DNA of 64,000 bases, taken from Chiloscyllium plagiosum (lineage: Eukaryota). The translations under genes were made by a program, and so were the position numbers. The stretch covers positions 104,762,697 to 104,826,696 of the forward strand of contig NC_057718.1 in NCBI RefSeq assembly GCF_004010195.1, in the 5' to 3' direction. The notes beneath the pieces are model-generated. The model did no database searches, was not told the DNA's origin, and saw nothing but the letters and a program-made list of their open reading frames with translations. The first letter of the stretch is position 1. Each line of letters begins with the position of its first letter. Of the stretch, positions 49,161 to 60,760 are shown one piece after another.

Positions 49161-51026
49161 TAATCGATTTGATTGCTTTGTATACAGGAACCCAATTTTC
49201 ACTACCATTATAAGCTGCAGTTTTGGAAGGTCTTGTGAAGTGGTAGTGTCCTTACCTGTGGGCCTGGAGACCCAGCTACTCCAGAGCTTCACTGACTGGG
49301 TCACCTCCCCACTGTGTAAGGGTGAACAGGTTGATTAGAATTTATCTACAAGCAGTAAGTTTTCTTTTTTAAAAAACCTCCAGGACACTGATACATAATG
49401 TTTATGTTGCTGCCAGAAGTGTTCAGAAAGTTTCTGCTTTCAGTATTTTCTGTACAGTTACCACCTGACTGTTCCACCGATTTCTTCAGATGAAGTTAAA
49501 AATAGTTTGCAATGACAGAAATTGTGATAGGAACAAATTACTGCAGATGCTGGAATCTGTACTGACAACAACCAACGCTGGGGATCACAGCGGGTCAGTC
49601 AGTATCCATGGGGGGAGAGCAAGGTAACGTGATTCAAAGCTGGGCTATCTTGGATTGGTGAAACCTCTGATTTTCCTGTATATTTGAAACAAACATTGAT
49701 TGAACAATGATGTCAGTTTTATTAGGCACTGATGATAAAATTGCTGTATTCACGATTATTAGATTATTATAATATAGATGATTTGAATATCATCTGGTGT
49801 TGTCACATTCCTACTAATGCCTATTGCAGGAAATGTAGCACCTTCTATTGTGCACAGCAAGCTCCCACACTAACCATGTGATAGTGGCCCAGCCAATTTG
49901 TGTGTTTCTGATTTGAGGAATAAATATTAATGAGGACACTGGGGAAAATTCTGCTGCTCTTCTTTAAAATAGTATCCAGGTAGCTTTAACCTCACTTAAA
50001 CATTTCATCTAAAGAAATCAGTGAAATGGCTGGGAGTGATTGTATGAAATTTTAGAAGAATTTTAAATGTTCTGAATGCAGTTAATTTAAACTTCAGGGT
50101 GCGCCATAACTGTCAGAAGGTATCAGTTTCCTGGGCCTTTTTAAACAATTGATATTTTCTAATATTCCCCTCCCACTGTGCCTTTATAATCTAACTGGAA
50201 CAACAGCACCTCAGATGATGCAGCACTGCCAGTGGACTGCACTCGAGTGTCTGCCTTGATTCTCTCACTCCAATCAGGAGTGGGATTTGAGGCATTGACC
50301 TGGACCAGGAGGTTAGACTGATTCCCTTTGAGCCAGACTGGTACACTTTAATGGAGATTGCGTTTATAATGACTGATAAGCTGGCCCTTTTCTGTTTGCA
50401 GAATGTCACACTTCTCCGATATAATAAACTTTTGTGTGTATTTTCTTTAGTGGTTATTTGGTTCATGATGTTTTCTATTCAACCCTTATCCCTTGTGGAC
50501 ATCACTATAAATTAATTTGCGCCCTGTATAGAACACAGAAGATGAAGGGATTTGGTCCATTTTATTTCCTGTTTTTCTGTCTGTGAGAATAATGCAATGC
50601 CATTGGCTGTCTAACCTGCATGATGCAATGACTGTTGAGGCACTCCTGGAGATCCCCTTGACTTTCCCTCTGATTCAAACTCAACAGTAAAGGGGGAATT
50701 CACAGCACAGCGATCACTAGCTGCTTTGTGTTGTAAGCTGCTTTATCAATAACTCATTCTGCAATCCATTATGTTGGCCTCAGATTGACATGGGGAAGCA
50801 CTCTGTTATTGTCCAGGACAGCTACTTCCTCTGAGGTGAGGTGTCAACTTTGAACACCAGAACACTTTTCTCAAAATGCCTGTAAAATGTTGCCGGTTGG
50901 ATCATTTTTCAGCTGAATGTAATTTGCATAATCACAAGTGAATTCTGTCATGAACTGAAATGGGCCATTCAGCCCATCGAGTCTGCCATCTAATGTAATC
51001 ACAGCTGATTTGATAATCCTCAATTT

Positions 51027-51848
51027 TAAACAAACCACATTGCTGGAGAAACTCAGCTGATCTGACAGTGTTTGTGGAGAGAGAGAGTTAATATATCAAG
51101 TCTGATTTGACTCTTCAGAACTGAAGGGGACTGGAAAAGTGTTTTTTTATTTTATGCTGTTAATCGAGTGGAGGGTGGAGTGAATGGAACAGATAGTGAG
51201 TGCATCCAGAACAAAAGACAAGGGAATGATAATGATGGTAAAGGAGCGATGAGGATGTAGAACAGGTGTAAATGTTAGCTGGATTGTGGAAATCAATAAT
51301 AGGCCGGCCAGTATGTGTGGCAGTTACAATAAAAATGGAGGACTGTAGTCCTGCTTGAAGTTGTTGACCCCATTGTTGAGGGGTAGAAGCTGTGAAGTGC
51401 TTGGGCAGAAACTGAGCTGGTTGTTCCTTCAGCACGTGCTGAGCTTCACTGGAGCAATTCCAGGATGGAAATGTGAGCAAGGGAGGTTGGGGTGGGTGGG
51501 TTTGAAATAGCAAGCAACTGAGGGAGGTCTGGGTCATTCCTATAGACAGAGCAGAGGGGTTTCACAGTGTGTGTTAGGTCTCACTAATATAAAGGAAACC
51601 TCATTGCTCACAATGTTCCCTGTAGCCTGCTGGGCAGCTGCTCCAAGGTTCTGCTCGTGCTGAGCATGCACAGAACATTGTAAACCCGATTGGAAGAAGT
51701 GCAGGTAAAATGCTGCTTCACCTGGAGAGTTCCTTTGGGATATGGGAGAGGGAGGAGGTGAATGGGCAAGTGTTACACCTTCTGTCACTACATGGGAAGG
51801 TGCTGTGGCTGTGTGAGGAAGTGTTAGGCATGATAGAAGAGTAGACCT
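51027..51848 (-). mobile_element. Longer decayed Penelope-like fragment, family C, inserted into a CR1 tail
   Basis: Family C terminus on the left; TSD-like ATCCTYAATT; the CR1 tail resumes at about 51850. Confidence 0.6.
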
Positions 51849-52099
51849 CTATCCTTAATTCCACTTTCCTGCTGTTGTCCCATAATCCTCAACTCTCTTC
51901 CTGAATAAAAAATTTATCTCTTTCAACCTTCAATGTACTTAACGACCCAGCCTCGACAACTCTCTGCAGTAAAGAATTCCACAGAGTCACTTCACTCTAA
52001 GAAATTCCTCCTCTTTCCTCTGAAATTAGTGGCCCCTTACTCTGAGATGATACCCTCTGGTCCTGACTCTCACACAAGGAGAAACAACCTCTCTGTATC

Positions 52100-52238
52100 T
52101 ATGACTCCACAACCACCTGATGAAGGAGCGGCGCTCTGAAAGCGAGTGCTTCCAAATAAACCTGTTGGACTATGACCTTGTGCTGTGCGATTTTTAACTT
52201 TGTCCACCCCAGTCCAACACCAGCTCCTCCACATCATT
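52100..52238 (+). mobile_element. Penelope terminus, family B, with the hammerhead cleavage triplet mutated
   Basis: CACCTGATGAAGGAGCGGCGCTCTGAAAGCGAGTG. Confidence 0.8.
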
Positions 52239-52903
52239 TCAACGTCTATCCTATCAGTCAAGCACCTTGAGTAACATCTATTTCAATAATGTCTCCTTTC
52301 ATTTCTCTAATGCCAATTGTTTCTACTTTGATCCTTTTTTCCATGAACAACTATTTGATGTTACCTGAATATAGCTGAAAAAGAGTTTAATCAGCAAAAA
52401 AAATCCTCCCAGTAGGATCGGTGTGCTTAGTCTCTCCAGCTCTGAGCCAGCATAAAATGCAGTATTCTGAGCTGTTGACTATTCCATTCATGTTCAGCAG
52501 TCCTTTCCGCTAAAATTAGATCACACACTCGCTCATGGACAAATAGTTAGAAAGGTGCTGCTTTGTCCCTCTGTATCTAACATTACAGGCACAGGGTGTG
52601 AAAGGGCAGGTCTGAAACAGGGCAAGCAGCAATGTTAGCCTGGGGTACTGGTCAAATGTACAACAAGGAACCTACCAAATAAAACAGGCACATCGACAGA
52701 CAGTTCGCATCATTGTCACATCCTAGTAATATGACTGATCCAGTGTAACCACCTCTCTCTAAGAAACATGTGCAATGTGGGAGTGCTCCATTTTAATCTG
52801 GGATCGATGAGGTCTAAAGATCTCGCTCGTTCTGTTTCCAATTCAGTTTCATTTTTTTCCGTTATTGAATCCCAGAAATCTTTTTACCGGTCATTATTAT
52901 TCT

Positions 52904-53236
52904 TTAGATTAGATTCCCTACAGTGTGGAAACAGGCCCTTCGGCCCAACAAGTCCACACCGACCCTCCGAAGCGCAACCCACCCAGACCCATTCCCCTAC
53001 ATTTACCCCTTCACACTCTGGGACAATTTAGCATGGCCAATTCACCTGACCTGCACATTTTTGGACTGTGGGAGGAAACCGGAGCACCCGGAGGAAACCC
53101 ATACAGCTATGGGGAGAATGTGCAAACACCACACAGTCGCCCAAGGCTGGAATTGAACCCGGGGTCCCTGGTGCTGTGAGATAGCAGTGCTAACCACTGA
53201 GCCACCGTGCTGCCCACTGAGCCACTGTGCTGCCCA
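52904..53236 (-). mobile_element. HE1-type SINE with a 23-bp head duplication
   Basis: Reverse-complement copy with CCACTGAGCCACYGTGCTGCCCA repeated. Confidence 0.9.
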
Positions 53237-53257
53237 CTCTTGGTCTTGGTGTTCTTT

Positions 53258-54648
53258 CTTGGTCTTGCCGCCGAACTGGTCCTCACCCTTAACAATTTCT
53301 CCTTCGAATCCTCCCACTTCCTCCAGACCAAAGGGGTAGCCATGGGCACACGTATGGGCCCCAGCTATGCCTGTCTCTTTGTTGGCTACGTAGAGCAGTT
53401 GATCTTCCGTAATTACACTGGCACCACTCCCCACCCCTTCCTCCACTACATTGATGACTGCATTGGCGCCACCTCGTGCTCCCGCGAGGCATTGATGACT
53501 GCATTGGCGCCACCTCGTGCTCCCGCGAGGAGGTTGAGCAATTCATCAACTTCGAGAGAAAGTGAGGGCACATTCCACCCTGGCCTTAAATTTACCTGGA
53601 CCATCTCTGACACCCCCCTCCCCTTCCTGGACCTCTCCATCTCCATTAATGACGTCTGACTTGACACCGACATTTTTTACAAACCCACCTACTCCCACAG
53701 CTACCTGGACTACACCTCTTCCCACCCTATCTCTTGCAAAAATGCCATCCCATATTCCCAATTCCTCCGCCTCTGCCGTANNNNNNNNNNNNNNNNNNNN
53801 NNNNNNNNNNNNNNNNNNNNNNNNNNNNNNNNNNNNNNNNNNNNNNNNNNNNNNNNNNNNNNNNNNNNNNNNNNNNNNNNNNNNNNNNNNNNNNNNNNNN
53901 NNNNNNNNNNNNNNNNNNNNNNNNNNNNNNNNNNNNNNNNNNNNNNNNNNNNNNNNNNNNNNNNNNNNNNNNNNNNNNNNNNNNNNNNNNNNNNNNNNNN
54001 NNNNNNNNNNNNNNNNNNNNNNNNNNNNNNNNNNNNNNNNNNNNNNNNNNNNNNNNNNNNNNNNNNNNNNNNNNNNNNNNNNNNNNNNNNNNNNNNNNNN
54101 NNNNNNNNNNNNNNNNNNNNNNNNNNNNNNNNNNNNNNNNNNNNNNNNNNNNNNNNNNNNNNNNNNNNNNNNNNNNNNNNNNNNNNNNNNNNNNNNNNNN
54201 NNNNNNNNNNNNNNNNNNNNNNNNNNNNNNNNNNNNNNNNNNNNNNNNNNNNNNNNNNNNNNNNNNNNNNNNNNNNNNNNNNNNNNNNNNNNNNNNNNNN
54301 NNNNNNNNNNNNNNNNNNNNNNNNNNNNNNNNNNNNNNNNNNNNNNNNNNNNNNNNNNNNNNNNNNNNNNNNNNNNNNNNNNNNNNNNNNNNNNNNNNNN
54401 NNNNNNNNNNNNNNNNNNNNNNNNNNNNNNNNNNNNNNNNNNNNNNNNNNNNNNNNNNNNNNNNNNNNNNNNNNNNNNNNNNNNNNNNNNNNNNNNNNNN
54501 NNNNNNNCCCTCCTCTAGCTTATCTCTCCACCCTTCAGGCTCTCTGCCTTTATTCCTGATGAAGGGCTTTTGCCCGAAACATTGATTTTACTGCTCTTCC
54601 GATGCTGCCTGAACTGCTGTGCTCTTCCAGCACCACTGATCCAGAATC
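53258..54648 (+). mobile_element. 5'-truncated Penelope-like retroelement (reverse-transcriptase pseudogene plus family A terminus) spanning an N gap
   Basis: LVLTLNNFSF...QTKGVAMGTRMGPSYACLF...YIDD...LPFLDL...YKPT...SSHP...IPYSQFLRL are Penelope-type RT motifs; hammerhead-like terminus at about 54556. Confidence 0.9.
53781..54507. other. Assembly gap (727 N)
   Basis: Run of N. Confidence 1.
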
Positions 54649-55807
54649 CAGTTTCTCAATGCTAACTGATCGAAACCGAGCTTTGCTATCTCCCTGACCT
54701 CTCTGAAATCTTACCCTCCCACCCCATACCCCCCACCCCTTCCATTGGCTGAAGTTGAATAGTTCTTCTCAAAGATGGCCTTTCACTGTAAATGGTCACA
54801 TATTGTCTGAAAGTGTCCCTTCACCCAGGAACGTATATGTATGATGTATATTTAACAAAAGACCAGCAAGGGAAGGCCCCCTGGAGTGGAGGGCACAACA
54901 ATTCATCAGCTATTGAAAAGATCCATGATGTGGAGGTGCTTTCCAAATAAAGCTGATGGACTAAAACCTGGTGTTGTCTGATTTTTAACTTTATTGAAAA
55001 TAGAACACAGAAGGATAACAGTTTTTTCTGAAACAAGAAATCGCAAGTAAACTAAACAGTGATTCTGAAAATGTTATTTTGAAAGGCACACGGTGTGGGT
55101 TAATGGAACTGAGTGGGTGAGTTGGAATCTCCCCATGTTCACTGTCTCTGTAACCTAATTGTTACTGATGAACAGGGTTAATCCTGTCTCTCTCAAAGCA
55201 CTGACCAGAGTCGTCTGTTTCAGTAAGACCTGTGGTCAGTTACGAGAACCTGTACATTCTGATCTCGAAGGAGAGAGATTGCTCACATAATCACCAGTTG
55301 TGAAAGTGAAGGCTGTTGACTTTCATGTGACTGTGGCACAGTGGGTAGTGTCCCTGCCTCTCAATCAGAAGCTCCAGGTTCAAGATACACTCCAGGATTT
55401 AATGACCCATGAAGGTACTTTCATAACCAGGCCAAACAGGTTGATTATATTGGATGGAAAGTCCTTCTCTTTAAACTACAGTAGGCCCATAGTGTCTTGG
55501 GAAGAATCTGTTTCTTGGCAATGAAGACCGTGGGGTAGCCCCAGTGGAACAGCCAGCCCATGTTTAAAAACCTCTATGTGCACATTCCTGTCAAAGGCTG
55601 TACTCCCATCCTCATTGATTTAAGTGATCTCTAATAGAACTGCTGTTCTTAAATTACACACAGGACACTATCTGCTTCCCCTCTCCCTGATTCCACATCT
55701 GCAACAAACACATCATCCCTTTAACAATCAGCACAAAGTCTTTTTAACCCCTTCTTCAGTGGGAAACAATTGGTATTTGAATAATTTCTGTAATCTTCCC
55801 ATAACCT

Positions 55808-56410
55808 GGGATGTGGTGTCACTGACAGGGCAGCATTTATTCCCCGTCCCTAGTTACCCCTTGAGAAGGTGGGGGTGAGCTGCCTTCCTGAACCAACGCA
55901 GCCCATGTGCCGGTTTTAAACCAGTTTCTACCCGACTGTTGTTAGAATACTGAATGGACTCTCAAACTCTTTACACGTACCTGTGTTTTAGTTTTTGCCG
56001 CTGTTTACCTGTTATTTACCTATCTACGCTACTTAACTCTGTGAGCTGCCTGTATCGCTCGCAAGACAAAGCTTTTTCACTGTGCCTCGGTACACATGAC
56101 AATAAATTAAATTCAATTCTAATGTGGTGTAGGTAGACCCACAAAGTCCTTAGGGAGGGATTTCCAGGATTTTGACCCAGTGAAAGTGAAGGAACAGAGA
56201 TATATTTCCAAGTCAGGATGGGAAGTGGCTTGGAAATGGTGATGTTCCCATGTATCTGCTGCCCTTGTCCTTCTGGTTGGAAGTGGTTGTGGGTTTGGAA
56301 GGTGCTGACTGAGGATCTTTGGTGAATTTCTGCAGTGCATCTTGTAGACAGCACACACTGCTGCTACTGGGTGTCGGTGGTGGAGGGAGGGGATGTTGAA
56401 GGTGGTGGAT
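55808..56410 (-). mobile_element. Second-family LINE 3' fragment with a nested plus-strand LINE tail (about 55910-56120, possibly Rex1/Babar-like)
   Basis: Host blocks match the other copies; the insert ends GTACACATGACAATAAATTAAATTCAATTC. Confidence 0.7.
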
Positions 56411-57394
56411 TGGATACTGAGTCCTGAAAGTGAAGCACATACACACAATCTCTTTTCCCATCGTGGATCTGTGCATTTGCCTCTAACTAGAGTATCCCCT
56501 GTGAGAATCTTACTTTGCAAATGTTGGTGTCAGTTTTGATGCTGCCTGTGGCCAGGATAGGCCACGACAATAACAGTAAAACCCTTACAGCATTTCCAGG
56601 GTTGAACATGTCCGCCGCTCAAACTCAAGACAATTTCCCGTTGTACTCACATTGTCCTGCAGCAGCTGATGGAGTCAGTATTTTGGGGAACATCACCTTC
56701 CACTTCTTTCCTGCTGCCCCTATTTCACGGCTTTGGGAATCCTGTAATTCTCTGCTGGTGTGTTCACTTCCCAAATCCTGACCGTTTTCTCTGACTCGTG
56801 CCTGTGCAGTTTCTCTGAGATCACCTTGAGCCAGCCATGCTCGCTGTTCTCTCCCTTTATAGATTGGTCAGCAATAGCCCTTGGGTTGCTGCTGTGTGTT
56901 TCACTGAGCTGCACTCTCGCACACGGCCAGCTGGAGGCGCAATGATTTCCCTCCAGGTGTATGTTTCTCGGGGAGAGGGGGCAGTTCAAGGGGTAACAGT
57001 GACCTCGTGGTAATGTTGCTGCCCCAGTAATCCCAAGGCCCAGCCTGAAGGTCTGGGGGGACAGGTTCAAATCCCACCAAGGCAGCTGCTGGTATTTAAA
57101 ATCAATTCATAAGATTCAGGATTGAAAGGTGGTCTCAGTAATGGTGAGCTTGAAATGATCATTGATTGCTGTTTTAAATAAAAAAATCCAGTTCATTGAT
57201 GGAAATCTGCCATCATCACCTGCTTGGCCTCCATGGATATCTCTGTAGTAGTGTTCAGGTTTACTCTCCATATTTAAGAATGTGAGCTATGAATTCAGAG
57301 AGGATTAACTTGATTGGCACCTCTGCTGGAGCCTTATCCAATGAGGGAACAGGTTGGGCCTGTATCAGTTATAGTTGAGAACAAGGGGGAGGTA

Positions 57395-57584
57395 GGAGAT
57401 AGTGAGACCTGCAGATGCTGGAGATCAGAGTCAAGAGTGTGTTGCTGGAAAAGCGCAGCAGGTCAGGCAGCATTCGAGGAGCAGGAGAGACGACGTTTCA
57501 GGCAGACTTTCCTGATGAAGGACTTATGCCCGAAACATCAAATCTCCTGCTCCTTGGATGCTGCCTGACCTGCTGTGCTTTTCC
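57395..57584. mobile_element. Penelope-terminus inverted-pair mini-element, family A, in a CR1 3' remnant
   Basis: TSD AACAAGGGG(G)AGGTA at 57380-57394 and 57585-57598. Confidence 0.8.
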
Positions 57585-59840
57585 AACAAGGGGAGGTAAT
57601 CTTATTGAAACATAAGATCCTGAGGGGACTGGGCAAGGTGGATACTGGGAGAGACGAGAACTAGGCGATAAACTATTTAAAATAAGGGCTCTCACATTTT
57701 TTTTAGGGTAATGAGTCTCGGAAGCTCTTGCTCAGGCAGCGGTGGAGTGGAGGGTGAGTGAGTATATTTTAAGTCTGAGGTAGGGAGTTTCTGAGGTAGG
57801 TAGGTAGTTTCTGAGGGAGGAAGGTAGTTTCTGAGGGAGGGAGGTAGTTTCTGAGGGAGATAGCTTCTTAATTAAGAAGGCAGTCCCAGGTTACTGGGAG
57901 TAGGCAGGAAAACCGAGCTAAGGCCACAGTCAGATCAGTGATGACTGAGCAGGTCCAAGGAGCCAGTAGTTTTAGTGATTTGGTTTGCAGGATATGGCCA
58001 AGCCAGCATTTATCAGCCATTGCAGATTCTGCTCTGAATTTGTGTGTGTTGTATGTGTGTGTATGTGATTCCAGACCCAGACCAATGCCCTCAAACATTT
58101 GAGCAACTCACTCCATTCAAGGGCAGTTAAGGATGGGTATCAACTGCTAGGCTAGCCAGGGTCACCCACAATGCACGAGAGAATAAAGTGTTGCCTGGAA
58201 CTGGCTTGACTTGCTGGTGTCTGAAGTGAAACCCTGGGATGAAGTATTTGTTCAGGGCATTCGGCCTGTTTTAGTCAGACAGTGAATATTACAATTGAAT
58301 TGATATGTCCTTCGTTTTAACTAATTCTGACCTGTTTTTCGGATTGACCTGTTCAGAAATGTCGTTACACACCTCTGGAGCAAGTGGGACTTGAACCTGG
58401 CGCTCTCAGTTCAGGGTTAGGGACACTTGCACTGCACCACAAGTGGACCTTGATGTCTACTTCGATCAGCTAATGACACATATTTAAAAGGCCATTCTCC
58501 TGCCATTTCACCAGCAGCTTCAAAGTCCAGGAAAACCTGGAAGCGGCTTTCTGGAAAACTGAAATTGATTTTAATAACATTTATGATTCGTGTTCCTTTT
58601 CAAACGTCTGATGAAGTTTATCAATGCAGAGTGATTCCAACAGTGTGTGAAGAACTCTCCTTCTCAACCTCTGCCCTCACAAGAGGCGCGGTGCCTCTTT
58701 GGTTAAACCCCCACCAGCCATCTCTCTAATGAACGAGCAGCGCTGAGCTCCTCTGGGATTATGGTGATGTTACCTTTAATCGATAGTATTTAAAAGTCCT
58801 TTAATATTGAAGTTGGGCAAGTCCAGTTGGTGACTGTCAGAATGCCGATATTACAGCAGAATCTGTTCAGGATTTTCCCAAACTATATCTGGATATTTTT
58901 GTATAATTAGTGTTCAACAAAAGAAATGATTGTGTTTTTTAACATTTCTAATGCTGCTTCTGATTGAACAATTATTTATTGGGACGTGACATGCACAGAT
59001 TGATAACAATGTGATCATCTGCTTCAGTACGTACCTCATTAATTGTATTTCAGACACTTTGGGACAATATGACGTCTTCTATAAAACAGTTTAGTTTCCT
59101 TTGTGTCTGGCAATGATAGTACATGTACTCGAGGATAGTTTCAGTGATGAGGGTAAGTAACCAGAGAAATAACCAGTGTAACCAGTCTGAGAGGTGGGAA
59201 ATATTTCCGAGATTGTTCCTTCAATTAATAAGTTTGATCCACACAAACTGAGAGATTCATTAAAACCTTGTTGACTGTGGCCTCTACCTTTTCAGTTTAT
59301 TTCTTTATAATTACATAAATTGATATTAATTCTGTGCCATTGACAGTAAATCTACTGGGGTTACAATTAGCAACATCTCACCGTGAGTATAATTGGGAAT
59401 TAGTAAATTCAAAGAGAGTTGTGTTCTGTACACATCACCAGCTAAAGCAAATGCTCCAGAGTCTGTGCTTCTGAAATGATTTTCAGGTAATTGCCTGGCA
59501 CTCTGTGTCAGACCGGTCTGCAGGCTCTGATTTATGTAGTTTGATGCTCTCCCTGTTTAACTTCTGGTCCTGGTTAATTTGTGGCGCTGCGGTTAATTGT
59601 TGCTGTGATTGCACGGGCCTTTATGCTCAAGAATTTCTGGTCTGTGTTCACTTTCTCCCACTGAGGAATCTGAGATTTATTCGTTTACAGTTGGATCCAG
59701 ACAGAAACTGTTCACCTTTTTAGTAAACTGAAGCGTTTAGTTACAGGCTTACAACCTTTTGTGTGTTCCCAGCATTATTTCAATTCAGAGTTTAATGTTC
59801 TTAAGAATTTATTTTGTAGTGAATCTAATTGAACACCTGG

Positions 59841-59859
59841 TTTCTTTCTTAATTTTCAG
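59841..59859 (+). promoter_or_regulatory. Splice acceptor of the SERTAD2 coding exon
   Basis: TTTCTTTCTTAATTTTCAG|ATATATG, with a branch-like CTAAT at 59825. Confidence 0.85.
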
Positions 59860-59863
59860 ATAT

Positions 59864-60760
59864 ATGTTGGCAAAAGGAACAAAACGGAAATTTAGTGAAC
59901 ATGAAGATGGGCTGGAAGGCAAAGTGTCCTGTGGGCATGTTCCTTCCAAGGTGTCATACACCTTACAGCGCCAGTCTATCTTCAACATTTCCCTCATGAA
60001 ACTTTATCAGCAGCAACCATTAATGGAGCCCAGCCTGCAGAAGACGGTATTAATTAACAATATGCTGAAACGCATTCAGGAAGAACTGAAACGGGAGGGG
60101 AACTTGCGACCTGTGTTCATTGCCCCCTCTCAGTCCAGTGACACACTCAATGATAATTACAGAGAGGTCCAACCTGCCTTCAATCATTTTCCTTCCCCTC
60201 CAGTCCAGGTGACTAGCAGCACCCCTCCAGACCTGTGCCTGACACCAGCCTCTGACCTGGAGGAAGATCCCTTCAGCAGCTGTCAGAGTGTTACACTCGG
60301 TCCCAGCAAGCCACAGAACCATTCACGCAAAGACAGTTTCTCTTCAGCCTTGGAAGAAATTGAAGAGCTATGCCCATCCTCGACTACCACAGACTCGAAG
60401 GTCAGCAGAGGGCATTTAAGTGAAGGTGGCAGTGAGAAACCTGCAGAGATACAAGAGAACAGAGCATCAGAGTCCAGGCTCACAGACCCTTTACCGGGCA
60501 ACTTTGAGATTACCACCACAAGCTTCCTAACTGACCTGACACTTGATGACATTCTGTTTGCAGACATTGACACCTCGATGTATGACTTTGATCCCTGTGC
60601 GAGTGCCACAGGGCCAACGTCCAAAATGACTGCAGTCACAGCAGATGACATTCTGAAAACATTATCTCCTTACAGTAGCCAATCAGTGACTCCAAGTCAA
60701 CCTTTCAAAATGGACCTTGCGGAGCTGGACCACATCATGGAGGTTCTAGTCGGGTCTTGA
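59864..60760 (+). CDS. SERTAD2: SERTA domain-containing protein 2 (TRIP-Br2), 298 aa, single coding exon
   Basis: MLAKGTKRKFSEHEDGLEGK start, SERTA domain YTLQRQSIFNISLMKL...LQKTVLINNMLKRIQEEL, KDSFSSALEEIEELCP, LTDLTLDDILFADIDTSMYDFD and the C-terminus ELDHIMEVLVGS all match vertebrate SERTAD2 as recalled. Confidence 0.97.
   Translation: MLAKGTKRKFSEHEDGLEGKVSCGHVPSKVSYTLQRQSIFNISLMKLYQQQPLMEPSLQKTVLINNMLKRIQEELKREGNLRPVFIAPSQSSDTLNDNYREVQPAFNHFPSPPVQVTSSTPPDLCLTPASDLEEDPFSSCQSVTLGPSKPQNHSRKDSFSSALEEIEELCPSSTTTDSKVSRGHLSEGGSEKPAEIQENRASESRLTDPLPGNFEITTTSFLTDLTLDDILFADIDTSMYDFDPCASATGPTSKMTAVTADDILKTLSPYSSQSVTPSQPFKMDLAELDHIMEVLVGS

Noticed and set aside
53562..54585. ORFs of 318 and 283 aa
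   Set aside because: Artefacts of translating through the N gap.
57775..57860. Short tandem repeat of GTAGTTTCTGAGGGAGG
   Set aside because: Local slippage inside a decayed CR1 3' end.
1..59700. Additional host protein-coding genes or an intact autonomous transposon
   Set aside because: The remaining ORFs are short and either transposon-derived with frameshifts or unrecognisable; small exons of unknown genes or lncRNAs cannot be excluded by eye.
59759..59863. 35-aa N-terminal extension in the 333-aa ORF call
   Set aside because: It starts at a non-ATG codon and runs through the polypyrimidine tract and acceptor, so it is intronic; homology begins at MLAKG.
60050..60651. Antisense ORFs over SERTAD2
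   Set aside because: Typical shadow ORFs of a coding sequence with no independent support.
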